A stretch of 64,000 nucleotides of DNA from the NCBI GenBank assembly GCA_963767925.1, contig CAVYGB010000008.1, forward strand, positions 576,001-640,000, in the 5' to 3' direction. This DNA comes from an uncultured delta proteobacterium (GTDB taxonomy: Bacteria > Myxococcota_A > Polyangia > Fen-1088). The notes under the pieces are model-generated. The model saw only the letters and a list, made by a program, of their open reading frames with translations, did not search any database and was not told the origin of the DNA. Position 1 is the stretch's first letter, and the number at the start of each line of letters is the position of its first letter. The translations under genes and the position numbers were made by a program. Shown piece by piece: positions 61,099-64,000 of the stretch.

Positions 61099-62721
61099 AT
61101 GCCCCGTACACCGGAGCTTCGGGTGCGATCCGCAGATCGGGCGGAGCGTCGCGTCCCGCTGCGAGCCAAGACCACCATCGGACGGGCCGAAGACAGCGAC
61201 ATCTATTTCCCCGATCAGCTGCTGTCCCGCCGGCACGCGGAGATCGAGCTGCGCGCGGACGGCCCCTACATCATCGACCTCGACAGCACCAACGGCACCT
61301 TCCTGAACGGCGAGCGCCTGCACCACGAAAAACGGCTGCACGACGGCGACGTCGTGGCGGTGGGGGGCAACACCCTCATCTTCCGGGAGGTCGACGCCAT
61401 CGAGTCCGAGCGCGCGGCGCGCTACTACTCGCTCAACGAGCTGTCGGCCCGGGCGACCCGCAAGACCATCGACGTCACCCAGCTCGTCAAGGACGACCGG
61501 GTGCTCGGCTCGCTCAGCCGGGTGACGAGCGCGCTGGTGGGGACCTCGCCGCTGCCCGATCTCTACACCAAGGTCCTCGACCTGGTCCTCGACGTCATCC
61601 CCGCCGAGCGGGGGGCGATCATGATGCTGGAGGGCGATCCAGCCCAGCCCCAGGTCAAGGCCTCGCGCAACCGGGCGGGTGGCGCCATCGAACACGTCTC
61701 GAGCTCCATCGCCCGCAAGGTGGTCGAGGGCCGGGTGGCCGTCCTGCTGCGGGACGTGTTCGAGGACGTCTCCCTGCGCGACCAGCCCAGCATCATCGTC
61801 GATCCCATCCGGGCGGTGATGTGCGCCCCGCTCTGGCTGGCGGCCCGGCCGGGGGACGCCGGGACGGTGCTCGGCTTCGTCTACCTCGACAGCCACACCC
61901 GCGATCCCTTCACCGAGAGCGACCTGCAGGTCCTCACCGTGCTGGCCAACTTCGCCGCCACCAAGATCGAGAGCTCCCGGCTGGCCGAGGAGAACATGGA
62001 GAAGCGGCGGCTGGAGGAGGACATGCGGCTGGCCGCCGAGATCCAGGCCAGCCTGCTGCCCCAGGCGGCGCCCCGGGTCGAGGGCTACGAGATCTGCGGC
62101 ACCACCCGCCCCTCGCGCACGGTGGGCGGCGACTACTACGACTTTCTGCTCGACGGCGCGCGGCTGCACGTGGCCCTGGGCGACGTCTCGGGCAAGGGGC
62201 TGGGAGCGGCCATGTTGATGGTGGCCCTGCGAGCTACCGTCCGGGCCTACTGGCGCGACGACGGGCTGGCCGGGGCGGTGGCCCGCATGAACGAGATCTT
62301 CAACCAGACCGTCCCCTTCGACAAATACGCCACCTTCTTCGTGGGCCGGCTCGACGTCGCCAGCGGCCGTCTGGCCTACGTCAACGCCGGGCACAACCGG
62401 CCGCTGCTGATCCGCCGCACCGACCCGGTCGAGGTGCTGGCCGACGGCGGCACCATCCTGGGGGCCTTCGAGACCGGCACCTGGAGCGAGGGGAACGTCA
62501 CTCTCGGTCCGGGCGACACCTTGCTGGTCTTCTCCGACGGGGTGAGCGAGACCTGGCCCGACCCCGACGTGGCCGATCGGCGCCTCACCGAGCTGGTGCG
62601 GGCCAACAGCGCAAACGACGCCATCACCTTGCAGGCCGCCATCTTCACCGAGCTGGATCGGCAGAACGGCCAGCGCCCCCAGGACGACCGCACCGTCCTG
62701 ATCGTGAAGCGGGATCCCTGA
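61099..62721 (+). CDS. FHA-GAF-PP2C (SpoIIE) phosphatase
   Basis: IGR..SRRHA..DLDSTNGT (FHA), VMCAPL (GAF), VGGDYYD..GDVSGKG..NAGH..SDG..DDRT (SpoIIE). Confidence 0.94.
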   Translation: MPRTPELRVRSADRAERRVPLRAKTTIGRAEDSDIYFPDQLLSRRHAEIELRADGPYIIDLDSTNGTFLNGERLHHEKRLHDGDVVAVGGNTLIFREVDAIESERAARYYSLNELSARATRKTIDVTQLVKDDRVLGSLSRVTSALVGTSPLPDLYTKVLDLVLDVIPAERGAIMMLEGDPAQPQVKASRNRAGGAIEHVSSSIARKVVEGRVAVLLRDVFEDVSLRDQPSIIVDPIRAVMCAPLWLAARPGDAGTVLGFVYLDSHTRDPFTESDLQVLTVLANFAATKIESSRLAEENMEKRRLEEDMRLAAEIQASLLPQAAPRVEGYEICGTTRPSRTVGGDYYDFLLDGARLHVALGDVSGKGLGAAMLMVALRATVRAYWRDDGLAGAVARMNEIFNQTVPFDKYATFFVGRLDVASGRLAYVNAGHNRPLLIRRTDPVEVLADGGTILGAFETGTWSEGNVTLGPGDTLLVFSDGVSETWPDPDVADRRLTELVRANSANDAITLQAAIFTELDRQNGQRPQDDRTVLIVKRDP

Positions 62722-62817
62722 GAGGCCCGCCCCGGGGGCGGGCCCGTCGCGGGCGCACTAGCCGGGATTATTCATCAGGCGGCAACGCTGGCGGTCGCGC
62801 GGCCACCGGCGCCGTGT

Positions 62818-62869
62818 TCCCGATCGTTCCCGTTCCCGTTCCCGTTCCCGTTCCCGGACCCGTTCCCGG
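62818..62869. repeat. (GGGAAC)n hexamer microsatellite (minus strand)
   Basis: TTCCCGATCGTTCCCGTTCCCGTTCCCGTTCCCGTTCCCGGACCCGTTCCCG. Confidence 0.8.
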
Positions 62870-62960
62870 TTTTTCGGACTGGGGCCCACGCAATGGGCGA
62901 CTGAGGGCAGGGCTGCGGCCCAGCGGCGGGGGAATAGAAGGCGAAGGGAATGTGGGCGAT

Positions 62961-63581
62961 TCAGCCGAAGGGCTGCGGCGATAGCAGCCGCCTGGCGATG
63001 CGAGCCCAAAGTGACTGCCAGGGATGGCTGGAGGCCAGATGAAACCAGATGCGACGGGCGGAGCCGAGCACGCGCACACCGATCTTGAGCAGGCAGGCGG
63101 AGGGTGTCCATCTGGGCATCGGCGAGCTCGGTGCCGTGTGCGGCGCGGCGGAGCATATACATGAGGACGTAGGCGGCGGCGTGCGGGAGCAGGCGAAACT
63201 GGTTGGCCCAGAAGCGGTGACAGCTCAGGCGGTCGGCCCTGAGCGCCCGCTTGAGGTCCCTGATGGAGTTTTCGCAGGCGTCGGCTCGCTGCACATAGCA
63301 ACGGTCGTACAGCTTCTGGGGGTCACCAGCAAGATTGGTCACCACGAAGCGAACGTTCGAGCCTTGCTCGGTGTGCTCGGCCTTGATGATCATGCGGTAG
63401 CTGAGCGGCCAGCGCTTGCGACCCGTTCCCATGGAGCGATATCGGTCAGGCCGAGGCGCCGGTCGGCCTGCCGCAGGAGCAGGAGCCCACCGTCGCGGGA
63501 GATGGGCCCGGCGTCGAAGGCCGCTCGTACCTGCCGGCGCCCCGCGAACGGGAAGTCGATTTGGCTGGTATCCTCGTGCAT
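62961..63581 (-). pseudogene. IS1380-family transposase remnant
   Basis: N-terminus FDAGPISRDGGLLLLRQADRRLGL joined at ~63435 to C-terminus RFVVTNL..Y..R..CENSIRDLK..RLSCHRFWANQFRL..TLRL/LLKIG; central part missing. Confidence 0.85.
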
Positions 63582-63658
63582 CGAGCGGCCCTCCTCGTCG
63601 TTGCCTTCTGGTCTCGCAACCGAAAAGCAGTGCGAGAAGTGTGCCGCTCGATTCTTCT

Positions 63659-64000
63659 TCAGCGCGATGGCTCTTCTTGCTCGCCGAGCAGCTTCGCCAT
63701 CTTCGTCAGCATCGAGACGATGCGCAGTAGAAGATCGCGTCCTGCCCCCAACGTAGCTTCGTCGCTGAGCTTCACCTTGCGGCAGACATCCAGTAGTGCA
63801 GCGCACTCCGTCGCCGACCGCAGTGCCATTCGGTGGAAGCGCGCCTTGTCCTTCCTGCTGAATTCCCCGGCTACCTCGGCCACGTTGAGCGGCACCGAGG
63901 TCGCCGCGCGCTGCAGTTGGTCCGCCAGGTAGGCTCGACCACGCGGCAGCTGCTCCACGATGTCGTCCGCCTTGGCGACGAACTCGATTCCCGCCTGGTA
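63659..64000 (-). CDS. Four-helix bundle protein (23S rRNA IVP-like), start off window
   Basis: YQAGIEFV..LPRGRAYLADQLQRAATSVPLNVAE..KARF..ALRSATECAALLD. Confidence 0.88.
   Translation of the reverse strand, partial: YQAGIEFVAKADDIVEQLPRGRAYLADQLQRAATSVPLNVAEVAGEFSRKDKARFHRMALRSATECAALLDVCRKVKLSDEATLGAGRDLLLRIVSMLTKMAKLLGEQEEPSR

Larger units (their letters stand above)
62762..63651 (-). mobile_element. Internally deleted IS1380-family element
   Basis: Transposase fragments plus an IS1380-like end CCGGGATTATTCAT at 62762-62775; other end not identified. Confidence 0.7.

Noticed and set aside
63659..64000. Avd-like gene suggesting a diversity-generating retroelement acting on the Cys-rich genes
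   Set aside because: No reverse transcriptase and no template/variable repeat pair with adenine-specific differences seen in the window; stand-alone four-helix-bundle genes are common.

Overview
High-GC bacterial window, most likely from an uncultured Myxococcota/Polyangia-like organism. This is inferred from abundant Cys-rich lipoproteins, TPR-PEGA proteins, sigma54-type promoters and an FHA-GAF-PP2C phosphatase. Left to right it holds: a flagellar fliL-M-N-O-P-Q-R operon with a divergent HDOD/degenerate-GGDEF gene; fbp; a clostripain-like lipoprotein; prfC; a receiver protein; and a YfiR plus hybrid kinase pair. Next comes a ~12 kb tandem array of four paralogous Cys-rich lipoproteins. They share a head but carry four different repetitive tails (Stig1/MXAN_6577-like repeats, 8 x 41-aa Cys repeats, a ~300-residue polyproline, a ~225-residue Pro-Thr tract). 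The array is followed directly by a JmjC-type 2OG oxygenase and a LamG lipoprotein. Further right are an encapsulin with ferritin-like cargo, MazG-like, GH29 fucosidase, bioA, gluQ, a Rieske ferredoxin, an FAD oxidoreductase and recCBD. The last ~15 kb has more lipoproteins, PEGA proteins, HAD, gnd, YbbN, YbhB, an FHA-GAF-PP2C phosphatase, an internally deleted IS1380 and a four-helix-bundle gene. Many genes there carry indels that look like sequencing error. No rRNA, tRNA or CRISPR array was recognised. The best candidate for an undescribed system is the Cys-rich/Pro-rich lipoprotein array with its JmjC oxygenase.
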